A stretch of DNA of 20,000 bases. It comes from Ancylonema sp. Its lineage: Eukaryota. Made by a program: the position numbers and the translations under genes. Within the stretch, counting starts at the first letter, position 1. Every line of letters begins with the position of its first letter. Under the pieces are notes generated by a model. That model saw only the letters and a program-made list of their open reading frames with translations, ran no database searches and was not told the origin of the DNA. Of this stretch, positions 1 through 10,652 are shown one piece after another. The stretch is from positions 109,628 to 129,627 of the forward strand of contig JBFLGF010000008.1 of assembly GCA_050230475.1 (NCBI GenBank). Direction: 5' to 3'.

Positions 1-1850
1 GAATCTTAGTTTCATATTTTATCGTCAACTACGCTCTTGAGTAATGGTAGGGTGATATAGAGATTTAGGGGTGTCATTTTCCCGACGTGTTAAATAGAGT
101 AGATAAGAGCGCCACTGGTATGGATTGAAAGCGTCTGGTTGGAATGTTGTCACTTGAAAATGTCGTATACAGCTAATGATGTATACATGTGATTTCGTGA
201 GTTGTGGTTGTCACTCATTTTCGTTGGTTGTATGCAGATGCGGATAATGCTCCAAGGGGACATACTCCCACCGATAGCACGGTGAAGGAGACGGAGCGCT
301 ATGAGGAGGGTTACGATTACGGTTACGGTTTTGGAGTAGGTTAAGACGAAGAGAACGTAATGAAGGAGGATCTTCCTTAGAAAGAAGTGAAACTTGCTTT
401 TTTCTTACCATTTGGTTCTCCTACTTTTTTAATACATTTTGAAGGTTGTATGTGCAAGGTGATGGAGAGTTCTCCAATATCTTTCCGACTCGTCCTTTAA
501 AATTTCTATATTATTTTGGTTGTTTGTCTGAGTTTTACTTTGAATAAAATAATTTTCTGAAATCTTCCACACATCGTGCTACAGAAAAAACAAATAAAAA
601 TGAATGTGGGGAATTGCTCGCATATATTGCTGATATTGTTTCAATATTGTTTTCAGTGTATTGGTCGTATCCAAAATGTAATATGTTTTCGACTTTGAAA
701 TATGAGTAATGCACGAACATATTATGGCAACAGTCGAATTGGAACTGAAGTACCGCAACAATTCATACATCTATATGGTATTATTGTAAACATACATGTC
801 AGTATCAAATGAATGTCATCGAAAATAATCGTTCGGAGCATTATTTATTATCTTAGTTGGTAATAAAAATTTAACATATTTATTATGTCCCACATATTAA
901 GGGAAAAAAAAACAGACAACATTCGAATCGTCAATGCTGTGAAAAAAAATAGGTTCAAAGAAAATTCCTACAATTACAATACCACGTGACTACCAAACTA
1001 CCAAATACCACAATACCACCAATATTACCAAATAAAATTTTCATAAAAAATGGTCGATTTTATCAAATTGACAATTCAAATGAAAATAATACAACAATAT
1101 TTTTATTAATATTTTTGCGAACATCGGCAAATGGTGATTCTTACTATACTAAAGGAGATTAAAGAACTTGTATCACGAATAATGATTCATAGTCTAAAAT
1201 GACATTTATGTATAAATTTTGAATATGAGACCGAGTTCACTAAAAAAACAAGGCAATCTTCGATAATGAGAGAGAAATATATTTCCAGAACACATTTTGG
1301 AAAACAAGGCTATAACATGTTTTCAAATAATATTCTAAAATTATATTTTATACCGTTGTACAAGGGGGGGAGGGGGGGGGTCAAAAATAAATTGGCGATT
1401 TTTTTTTTAAAGAGAAATTATATGACTTTGTTTGTCTCTTATTTTTTTAACGAAAGAGAAGGTGTAAGTCGACGAATTTTGTGTGCACCCGGCCTTTTTT
1501 TTGTGTGTTTTCTTTTCAAATTTGGATTTCAATTGGTTGAATATCGCGAATGACAAGGACCCAGTGTATTTTTATACGTAGTCCGTTGCGTTTCGACTCT
1601 GAATATTCGAGATAGTTGTTTTTAAAGATGTTGGCGCTTCGACCAGGATTTTCTCGTGTTTACATGATGTTCACGTGATATACACACGTAGCCCAAGCTC
1701 GTGGATGCTACTCATTCTATTGTGTATCGGATTATAGAATTGCTTTCACGTATCCGTTTACGAGACTTAAGGAATTAATGTCAACATTTGTGTTTGTATG
1801 TCATTTTGAGATATATGTGTCAAACATGTGGGGGCATTGAAACGTCATTA
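1..1850 (+). repeat. Diverged segmental duplication, copy A (last intron, last exon and about 1.5 kb of 3' flank); partner at about 8890-10652
   Basis: Collinear matches by eye: gaatcttagtttc...ctacgctcttgagta (1-43) vs gaatctcatttc...ctacgctgtgagta (from 8890); the terminal exon; catgtcagtatcaaat...tgtcatcgaaaa (about 795-826 vs 9625-9654); tccgtttacgagactta...tgtcaacatttgtgtttgta (about 1753-1798 vs 10555-10600); aaacgtcatt at the right ends. Confidence 0.9.
238..344 (+). CDS. Terminal exon of an upstream paralog of the secreted His-repeat gene; the rest lies left of the window. Encodes (D)ADNAPRGHTPTDSTVKETERYEEGYDYGYGFGVG*
   Basis: Acceptor tatgcAG at 236-237, phase-1 frame open to TAA at 342-344. 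Clearly homologous to exon 9062-9162 ((G)ADNGAMEFPPTDRTAREMERYEEGYGYGYGVG*). Confidence 0.75.
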
Positions 1851-1870
1851 TTGAAAAAAAAACTTTGGAA

Positions 1871-2112
1871 GAGATGGCGGAAATCCCTTTTGATCGACTG
1901 CTCATTGGAACCGATTCTTCGTACTGTGAGATCTTATCCATCGAGGAGAAAGTAAAAGTATGACGAGGGATGTGTGGTGAAGAGCCGCAACGAGCTGTGC
2001 CTGCTCGGGTGAGGGAGGGGGGGGGTGAAAAGGTTGGGAGGTTAGCGGTGCGGGCGGGGGTGGGGTTGCGGTTATTGTTTCTACTACTTGACTCGTATTC
2101 AATTTTTTTTGG
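1871..2112. repeat. 242-bp direct repeat, copy 1 (Pro/Ser-rich frame on the minus strand)
   Basis: Identical by eye to 2293-2534 (offset 422), from gagatggcggaaatccc to aattttttttgg. Confidence 0.95.
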
Positions 2113-2247
2113 ACAGAACCATGCACCTTCAGGTATTGTTTTGAGCCGGGTGTGAGACAATAGATGTGGTAGCCATCGTTACAGTCGTCACACAAAATGA
2201 GATGTTTCTCATCGTCACGTGAACCGCATTGTCTGCAGAATGTAGGA
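2107..2247 (-). pseudogene. Frameshifted PHD (C4HC3) zinc finger fragment, probably retrotransposon-borne
   Basis: FCRQCGSRDDEKHLILCDDCNDGYHIYCLT in ORF 1902..2714 continues in another frame as RLKTIPEGAWFCPK (ORF 1801..2160). This implies a 1-nt shift near 2148. The final Cys of the canonical W-x-C-P-x-C is missing. Confidence 0.85.
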
Positions 2248-2292
2248 TCCGAACTGTTGAACATACTTGTGTCAATCTGATCATCTTTGATG

Positions 2293-2534
2293 GAGATGGC
2301 GGAAATCCCTTTTGATCGACTGCTCATTGGAACCGATTCTTCGTACTGTGAGATCTTATCCATCGAGGAGAAAGTAAAAGTATGACGAGGGATGTGTGGT
2401 GAAGAGCCGCAACGAGCTGTGCCTGCTCGGGTGAGGGAGGGGGGGGGTGAAAAGGTTGGGAGGTTAGCGGTGCGGGCGGGGGTGGGGTTGCGGTTATTGT
2501 TTCTACTACTTGACTCGTATTCAATTTTTTTTGG
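2293..2534. repeat. 242-bp direct repeat, copy 2
   Basis: Identical by eye to 1871-2112. Confidence 0.95.
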
Positions 2535-2762
2535 TGCACAATGCCACGCGTGTGTTATAATGTCTTTGGTTGGAATGGAGCATACAATATATAGTGGTCC
2601 ATTCACGCCCACTGTGTGTGCACACACGTATTTCAAAGTAACTACCGGATGATCTGTTTGGTAAAAAAAACGAGGTGGGAAGATAGTTGAGATCAGGAGA
2701 GCCAGATACACCATGCTAAACTTGAGTCATGTCTCAAGTCATATTTGGATTCGAGTGGGAAA

Positions 2763-2957
2763 TTATACGCGCCGTGATGGTGAAATCTGGAAATTTGAAT
2801 CCCCTTTCAGAAGTCCGTTGAGGGGGGAAGCAATCGTGGAGAAGTGTGGAACGAACTTGCGGTAATATGAAAACAACCCTAGAGCAGCACGAAGTTGATG
2901 AATATCCTTTGGTGTCGACATATCCTTCAAGGGGGCGTTTACAAAGGAACCACTCAT
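2763..2957 (-). mobile_element. Ty3/Gypsy LTR-retrotransposon pol fragment (RT thumb/connection region), decayed
   Basis: TPKDIHQLRAALGLFSYYRKFVPHFSTIASPLNGLLK matches the Gypsy consensus P-x-x-x-x-x-LRxFLGLxxYYRxFIPxFSxIAxPLxxLLK. No complete RT, RNase H or integrase is visible. Confidence 0.85.
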
Positions 2958-5900
2958 AGATGGTGTACCTATACAAAATATTTGCCTCTATTCAAAGTTA
3001 TGAGTTAGCCGACGGCACATTGTCGCAAACTACGAATTCAATCTTATTTATCGTAATCCAACACTGTCGTAACTCTCCTCGTCCTCAAAAACCTCCGCGT
3101 TTACTTACGTGCAGTAGTCAGCCACCCCCCAATAATGATTTTTTTTTTTTGGTCATCTTCTCATAGTTAAGTATTGGAAGTGGTGGGTGGGCGGAGAGGG
3201 GTGGAGAAGGTGACATTGGCGCAATCTATCTTCGAAACATCTCGCAAGTAGGGATGAATCGTTGAGCACGGGTTTCAAATTACGTTAGGGAGGATTAGCC
3301 AATTCCAATACATCTGGTGATATCCAATTTTTCCAGATGCATCGAACACGGTGGGCTGTGCTACCGAAAGTGCATGCGTCCACTGCTGGAAAGCCCAAAA
3401 AGGACTTGATTTAGTTGTATCTCGAATTTCCTTTACGAGATCTATGGATACGTGTTTTCCAAAATAAATACACTGTGATGAGATGATGGCTCGAATGAGG
3501 TCAAAGAAGTATGGGAATCGTCGATCATAGTATGGGCTGACCATCTGACATTCCCACCCAACGCTGCGATAGGTCCTCGGTTCATCCAAATCATCGTTTG
3601 ATATTTTGGAAATATCATGGTGGTGTCGAAACCTTAGTAACAGTCGATTAACAAGCTGGCTCAGAAAGAGCGACAACCACAAATTCACATTCGGAAGACG
3701 AGCACGTTGCGGGGTGAGCGAAGGAATGCAATATTGGCAAATTTAGATAACACTAACAGCGCAATCTGACAGCGGAAGCTGGCAGATCTGAAAGTACAAT
3801 TTTCTTTTATCAAAAGTTGTTGCGCGGTGCTAAGCATAGTTAACTAAAGTTTTTCGAAGATCACGACAGGCCTTCTAGAACTTTCAAATCAATCTAGCTA
3901 CGATGAAAGCGGCGCGAGAATTAACTCTAACTACGGCTGGATTTAATCGCCGGGATTATGGGACTTTTGATCGACACGCACCTATTTATTGAAGACTGCT
4001 GGATTCTAGACTTCGGAAAATACGCCACGGTTATTTTCAAGTCGTACAATTTTCGTACTTCACTATTTTTATAGCAAAGTACTAATTCTATAAAATCGTT
4101 ATATCGAATACTCTCGTTATAGCAGAGTATTAATCTAAAGGGACTTGTGATCAATCTAGAGGGGTTTCGCCTTAGCGATCTCTAGCGTCGTGACAAGAGC
4201 GCTCCAAGCCCATCTATGGCGCACGCACAAAAAAGAACGAGTTTTGTCCCCAATGCCAATACAGGTCCTATTTTATATTGTGTGATGCAAGGTGTAGACT
4301 CAATGCAGTGTGAAATAAAAGATGAACATACATTGTGATTTCAAGTATTTTCGCACCGAATATCGATGATTCGAGCTTGCACTTCCATAGTTCGAAGCAA
4401 AAAAAAACCAAAGGTCGGTAGAGTAGTTGCAACTTATTCCAACATAAGTTTTAATATCCAACATTGAGGATATATATGTGCTCAAAGCACTGTTGTTCCC
4501 AACCCGCTTGGAAAATATCCAATCTCATATTATTCGCGAGCTCGTTTGTGTGTGCTCTTTTCCAAGCGTGTGTTCGGAAGACGAGTGGAAGGCGACGAAA
4601 CCTCAAAATATGATTCCACTAAGAGTTGAGCGCTTCTTTGGATTCGTGCACGAGGCGTTGAACGATTTTGATATGATGTGCGACAACGTCAATTTAGATC
4701 TCATACCATAATTATTTTCATTTTGTGGCCGTACATATTGTTCTCTTTGTGTATCAAGTAATACGGACGGACGAATCTATGGAAATGAAAGCGGATTCGA
4801 TATACATTTCGAAAAGAGGGCACATGCAGACAAATAAGGAAAAAATGAATCATACCACAACTTACTCGATAGTCACGCTACTCTTCTTCCATAGCAATTG
4901 AATTCCGACCGATTTATAGACTATCGGTACATAGATCGGTCAAACGACCGGGAAGTAGTTATGAGAGAAAGTAATATGCAGCTTCAGATTAACCACAAAA
5001 AATGTAGATGCTAATAATTGCATGTGTACCGTTAACTTTTCTTTTGCATTTTTACCGCGCGAAAGTCACGTTTTGCTTAAGTGATGTGACGACAGTGTTA
5101 GGATTTAGGACAAATATAGACCGTTGCAAATTTTCGTCTACGGCTTTCATGCTCACAATTAAACGCCAACGAGATGAAGTATGAGCGTCTCATGCCTACT
5201 TGTAAGGGTGGCACTAACCCGTGTGAATTCTTCATGGGTCAATCTAGCAGATATGCTAGATACATGACACTCGAATGTGAAATTGAAACCATTTCGATAC
5301 GCAATGGCTTCCAAGCAAGCCATGACATTAGTGAGAAAGACACTCTAGTCAAGCAAAGGCTCGTTATCACGTAATATCCCACACCCATACATAAACACAA
5401 CTGGTTTAATACGTGTATGTAGAACATGATGCCGCCTAGGCTGATGTTCACTGGCGTGAAAACCGCTCCATATGAAAATATAGAGCATACCAATAAAATT
5501 TTATGTTTATGTAGCAAACGCATGTGTGGTTTACTATCGAAAGTTCATTGCCTTGGAGTTGGGAAAAACCTTAGTCTGAATTTGGTGATATTTTGTAAAT
5601 TTCAGTCAGGATATTGGATTTAAGTACTAGTTCATGATAAATATTTGTTCGGTGAACCGTGGATAAAGTTGATGAAATAATACGTCATGAGATCCGTCAT
5701 GTTTTATCAACGTTTATCGGTGTCGACAAAGCATACTTTATTATTGTGTTGGTATTCCACACCATATTATCGAAAGAATTTATTTAAATTGGATCCGACT
5801 TGCAACCAGGTTTGTGTAAGTTGGTAAATAACCAATTCCAATGACAATTTCGGTGCCATGCGGTTTTTAACGCGCCCAACGGGTTGTTTTTTAAAGTCTC

Positions 5901-6679
5901 TTGCGTGCTTGCCGCGAGCATTGAACACTCATTTTCTTGTGGACGACGCAAAACACACGTGGCGCTACGCTGTTGCATCATCAATGTTATCATTGCTTTT
6001 CTGGACCCATTCATTGTCGCAGCCACCGTCTTTAAACCTGTCGTTGTTCATCACAATTCGAATCGCCAATCCGCGCAAGTCACGGAAATTCAATCTCGAG
6101 TTTGCGCGAATCTGGCTGAAACATCCGTTTTCCTGGTCTCAAAATTTCCGGTGTGGAATCGACAACTTTTGCATCAGGGGCCCACCTGTTTGTCGGGATT
6201 TGTTATCATTCCGATCCTCGTACCTTATCTGGAATCTGCTTCTGCCAATTTGATCGATCCAATGGGTGTCTCAAACACGAATTTCAGGAAGCTTTTTATT
6301 GTTTCACGTGCTAAATATCGCAGAGATGCCATTCCGTTCCTCGTTACGTTTTCATGATCTGCTCCTGGTCTAGCATACCATGCCATGCATTGATGTCCAC
6401 ATGTACATTTAAATGCAGCCCTGGATCCGGATCACTGGCCTTCGTCCGAAATTTTTATTTCGAGGATAAACGTAAAACATGCGGGAAGGGAGTTTCAGAC
6501 GTGTTAACAAAGTGCATGTGCCCTCTGACTAGATGGTCTGAATTTATTGCGGCGTCGGCACATCGATCATGTCCAACGCGCACATCATCGTCCGCATCGG
6601 TCTCAGCTCATCGACATTCTACGAGGGGAGTCTAATTTAACGCCGCCGAAGTTCAGCCTACATCTTTCGCATGTCACAG

Positions 6680-6686
6680 TATATAA
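6680..6686 (+). promoter_or_regulatory. Candidate TATA box of the secreted repeat gene
   Basis: TATATAA about 80 nt upstream of the ATG at 6766; positional argument only. Confidence 0.35.
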
Positions 6687-6765
6687 TGTCTACAGACTGC
6701 CTTCCCTGTATTCTCAGTAGTAGTCACCTCAGAAATCGCACAGCCCTGTCTTTTTGTGAGCAGCC

Positions 6766-9162
6766 ATGTCAGTCTTTAGAAACCGCACCGAGATTTCGAA
6801 GACAGGGGTTGGCCTCTTGGCTCTCCTTCTGCTCTCCACGTGTAGTTCCTCGCTCGGCCGCACTCCATCCTGGTCAGAAGATGCCGTGGCAGGTAGTATC
6901 TCTCGACACCTTCACCACCAAAAATCTCCTGAACCCTTATCTTCACCGGGCGTATCCTCCAGTACATGCATTGCATGTTTGTCAATGTCGACTAAAATTA
7001 TTATTTTTTAATTTGTATATGTTTTCTTTCAATAATGTGAGTGACTGATTCGCGGAAGTGAATTGTATGCAGGTGTGAATGGAAACGTGGTCGCAAACCA
7101 GCAGGCAGAGGATAAGGGCAATGCGTATGAAAGCTACGAGGCACCAGGCACCAGCATACGTCACCTGGCACCAGCTGGCGTGGTATCTACTGATGGAGCA
7201 AAGCAGGCGAGCGAAATCGAGAAGAAATCGACGGGTATGGAAGAGATTCAGTTTCGTTTATTTACTCGTTTCTTTGTAAATCATTTTTGTTGACTATGTC
7301 ATAGCAATTTTTGAATCTGCCCTCATGTTGCCCTTAAAACAAAAAAAACAAAAAAATTGTAAGCGTTATACGTTCCTTTTTTTTTAGTTTTTTTTTTATG
7401 TTTTTTTTTTTAAAATATGCAGGTGTTTATGGCAACGTGGCCGCAAACCAGCAGCCAGAGGATGAGGGCAATGCGTATGAAATCTATGAGCATCATCACC
7501 ATCACGAATATCGACAGGGGAGGTGGTATGATTGGGACGATGAAGAGCCAAAAGGAGCGGTAGGTGTTGACGTGGCAAAGAAGGCGACCGAAATCGAGAA
7601 AACTTCAACGGGTACGGAAAAGTGGGGAGAGAGGGTTACATATTTTGAATTCACCCTGGCTGCTTTGCATATCTGTGTGAGTGTTAAATTATTCACGCTA
7701 CATCTTAGGTTTTGGCGTCCTCGTTTTCCCCCCAACCCCCTTTTTTTTGTAGTCCGTTTCCCCTTCCTCAAGTGTGAGTTAAAAATTTTCTCTCGGGTTT
7801 TACATATCGACACCTTCCACGACTCTTACCATGACTCTTCTTCTTATGACATTCGAATTTATTAACGTGTCCACCTCTCCTTTTTTTTTTTTGCATCTTG
7901 AATTCTGGAAGTCTTCCTCACGTTTGTGTTTTTTCCCCCGAAATTGAAACCAACGAATCCGCTTGTGAAATTTGGATGCAAGTGTAGCTGGAAACGCAGC
8001 CGCAAATAAGCAGGACGAGGATGAGGAGGAGGAGGAGGAGGGAAATGCGTATGGAAGCTACGAGCATAAGCATCACCATCACGAATATCGACAGGGGAGG
8101 TGGTATGATTGGGACGATGAAGAGCCAAAAGGGGCGGTAGGTGCTGACGTGGCATCTACCAATGGTGCAAAGAAGGCGACCGACATCGAGAAAACCTCCA
8201 CGGGTATGGAAAATCGAGGAGAGATTTAAATTCATTCTGACTGATTTTTATGTCTGCGTGTGTGTCGAATTCTTCACATTGCATCTTAAATTATGGCTTT
8301 CTCGTTACCCCCCCACCCCTTTTTTTCTTAGAGCTTTCCCCCACTCTCCAGCCTATGTCAACAACTTTTAATCAGATTATATCTATCGACACCTTCATTA
8401 CTTCGACATATCACCTTTATACCTTCATTACTACGACACCTTCATTACTACGGCAATTCATCTTTCTACCCTCGAATGGATTCACGTCGTCACCTGCCCT
8501 CATAGTGCATCTTAACTTTCGGCGGTCTCCAATACTTTTTCTTTTATTTTCTCTTGCGACGAATTCGCTGAAATTCGGATGCAGGTGTAGCTGGCAAAGT
8601 AGCCGCAAAACAACAGCCAGAGGATGAGGGCAATGCGTATGAGAGCTACGAGCATAAGCATCACCATCACGAGTATCGAGAGGGGAAATGGTATGATTGG
8701 TACGATAAGGAGCCAAAAGGGGCGATAGGTGCTGACGTGGTACCAGCTGACGTGGCATCGACCGATGGAGGAAAATAAGAAACAGGAATCCAAAGCATTT
8801 CTTCGGGTATGGAAGAAGGGTACCGGATAATCATAATGCCACCATAATTGAAGACACTTGCGAAGTTTCATGTGTTGCCTTGCAAACTGGAATCTCATTT
8901 CAATGTATTCCCGTGACCTACGCTGTGAGTATCGAGGGGGTCTATAGAGGGGTTGATATAGAGTTGGAGGGAATGATGTATTGTGTACAGCAAATGATAT
9001 ATATGCATACACATGGTGTCGTGAGCTCCGGCGGCCACTCATTTTCCTTGGATTTATGCAGGTGCGGATAATGGTGCAATGGAATTTCCTCCTACCGATA
9101 GGACGGCGAGGGAGATGGAACGCTATGAGGAGGGTTACGGTTACGGTTATGGAGTGGGTTGA
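6766..9162 (+). CDS. Putative secreted His/acidic/Tyr-rich tandem-repeat protein of unknown family; possibly truncated or partly pseudogenised
   Basis: Exons 6766-6892 (MSVFRNRTEISKTGVGLLALLLLSTCSSSLG..., signal-peptide-like), 7073-7234, 7423-7611, 7982/7988-8203, 8585-8806 and 9062-9162. All introns are phase 1 with G|gta donors and tgcAG acceptors (except exon 4). Internal exon lengths 162, 189, 222 (or 216) and 222 are multiples of 3. There is an in-frame TAA at 8776-8778. Confidence 0.75.
7073..8806 (+). repeat. Four tandem exon(+intron) duplication units of about 350-600 bp
   Basis: Exons share GV-x-G-(N/K)-x-x-A-(N/K)-x-Q...GNAY-x-x-YE; modules 1-3 end in IEK-x-ST. Introns 3 and 4 are also homologous (catctta...ctcgtt...cccccc...tttttt; tatcgacaccttc). 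Confidence 0.9.
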
Positions 9163-10652
9163 GACGAAGAGATTCAGTAAAGCAGGATTTTTTTTTTTTT
9201 TTTTTTTTTTCCACTTGTTTGTCATACCTTGATGATACATTTAGGAGGTTGTATGTGCATAATAGTAGAGAGACCTCCAAAAAAAAAAAACCTTTCGTCC
9301 ACTTTCTTTTTCAGGTTAGTTTGGTTGTTTCTTCGAGGAAACGAATTTGGATAAATTTTGGGTTTGGTTGTTTTTTTTAGGAAATGAATTTTGATAAATT
9401 GTCAAATTAAAATCTTGTTACTAAAATATGAATGTGGAGAGTTGTTCTCATATTCAATGATGTTGCTACTGTTTCCGTATTGATCTTATAGCACTAGTTG
9501 TATCCAGAATGAAATATGATTTCCATCCCCGAATTGAAACCATGCACGGAAGTGAAATTGCAAGGTTCGAATTGTATCCGTAATATCACAATATTTACCT
9601 CCACAAAATAGAATCGTGAATATGCATGTCAGAATCAAATAATGTCATCGAAAATATCCGTTTGGAGTATTAATCATCACGTCGTTAATCAACATCAAAT
9701 TGTTTGAAGCAAAGAGAAAATACAACGTTGAACTACATACGGATTTTCCCAACAGTAGCAAATATTTTCCTACAACCCACATATGAAAGAAAATGTGTCG
9801 AAAGAGAATTCGAATCAAAGTACATAGTACTTAAAATACGTACAAAGTAAAAGAGCCTAAAATTAAAACACCACAATACAAAAATACCACCAGAACCAGC
9901 AAGAGAAAGTTTTATAGAAAATGGTCAACTTCAAACGATAGACCAAATACACGACAAGAATGGAAATATAAATGCGTTTTTGTTATCATGGGCACATGCT
10001 CGTCCCTTTTTGTATGAATATTGTATAACGAGTAATGATTTGGACGGTATAGATATCATACATGTAAAATATGGACGTTGGACCCAGTTCACTAAAATAG
10101 CATTTTACGATCATCGATTGCGGGAAAGAAATATATGGGTAATTACCGAACATGAAGAAAATGAAAAATTATGGAGCAGTACAACATGTTTGCTTTGGAT
10201 TTAGTTTTTATACAAAAACTAAAAAATACAAAAATAAAACGAAAAAACACACGGTGACATTTTTTTATATGAAGAAAAACTTCTATAACCTTGACTTTAT
10301 TTTATAAATGGAAAGGAAGGGAAGGTGCAAATCGATAAATTTGGTATGCACCAGGCGTTTTTTTCTGGTTCTCCCCCTCCCTTAAATGTGGATGCGAATT
10401 GGCTGAAATATTGCAAATGCCGAGCACTCTGAGATGTTTTTTTTTTTTTATGTTGGTGCTTTGACCAGATTTTTATCTTGTTTTTACATGCAGCCCGAGC
10501 TCGTGGATGTCACTAAGTATACTTTGTATCGTCTCGTAGAATCGCTTGCATGCATCCGTTTACGAGACTTATGGACTTGATGTCAACATTTGTGTTTGTA
10601 TATCATTTTGAGAAATGTCTCATTGGAGATGTGAAGGCATTCAAACGTCATT
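8890..10652 (+). repeat. Diverged segmental duplication, copy B (partner of 1-1850)
   Basis: See copy A. Homology ends at about 10652 (caaacgtcattgg). Confidence 0.9.

Noticed and set aside
1871..2534. TRIM or mini-LTR element (two 242-bp repeats around 180 bp)
   Set aside because: No TG...CA termini, primer-binding site or target-site duplication recognised; the repeats read as a Pro/Ser-rich coding linker.
3275..3688. 137-aa minus-strand ORF containing DEPRTY, reminiscent of the Copia pre-RT motif
   Set aside because: The following sequence lacks the Copia W-x-x-AM-x-x-E pattern; no other support.
5884..6357. 157-aa ORF with faint hAT-transposase-like words (FLDPFIVAAT, IIPIL, LIDP)
   Set aside because: The spacing does not fit, and no catalytic motifs or terminal inverted repeats were seen; a profile search would be needed.
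8776..8778. In-frame TAA aligned with a Gln codon, suggesting a TAR=Gln genetic code as in some ulvophyte algae
   Set aside because: About 1000 codons of FIO1 and ceramidase contain many CAA/CAG but no in-frame TAA/TAG, and the paralog tail uses TAA (342-344) where the other copy uses TGA as stop.
7073..8806. Regularly spaced repeats as a CRISPR-like array
   Set aside because: The units are 160-220-nt coding exons bounded by splice sites in a eukaryotic gene; there are no cas genes.
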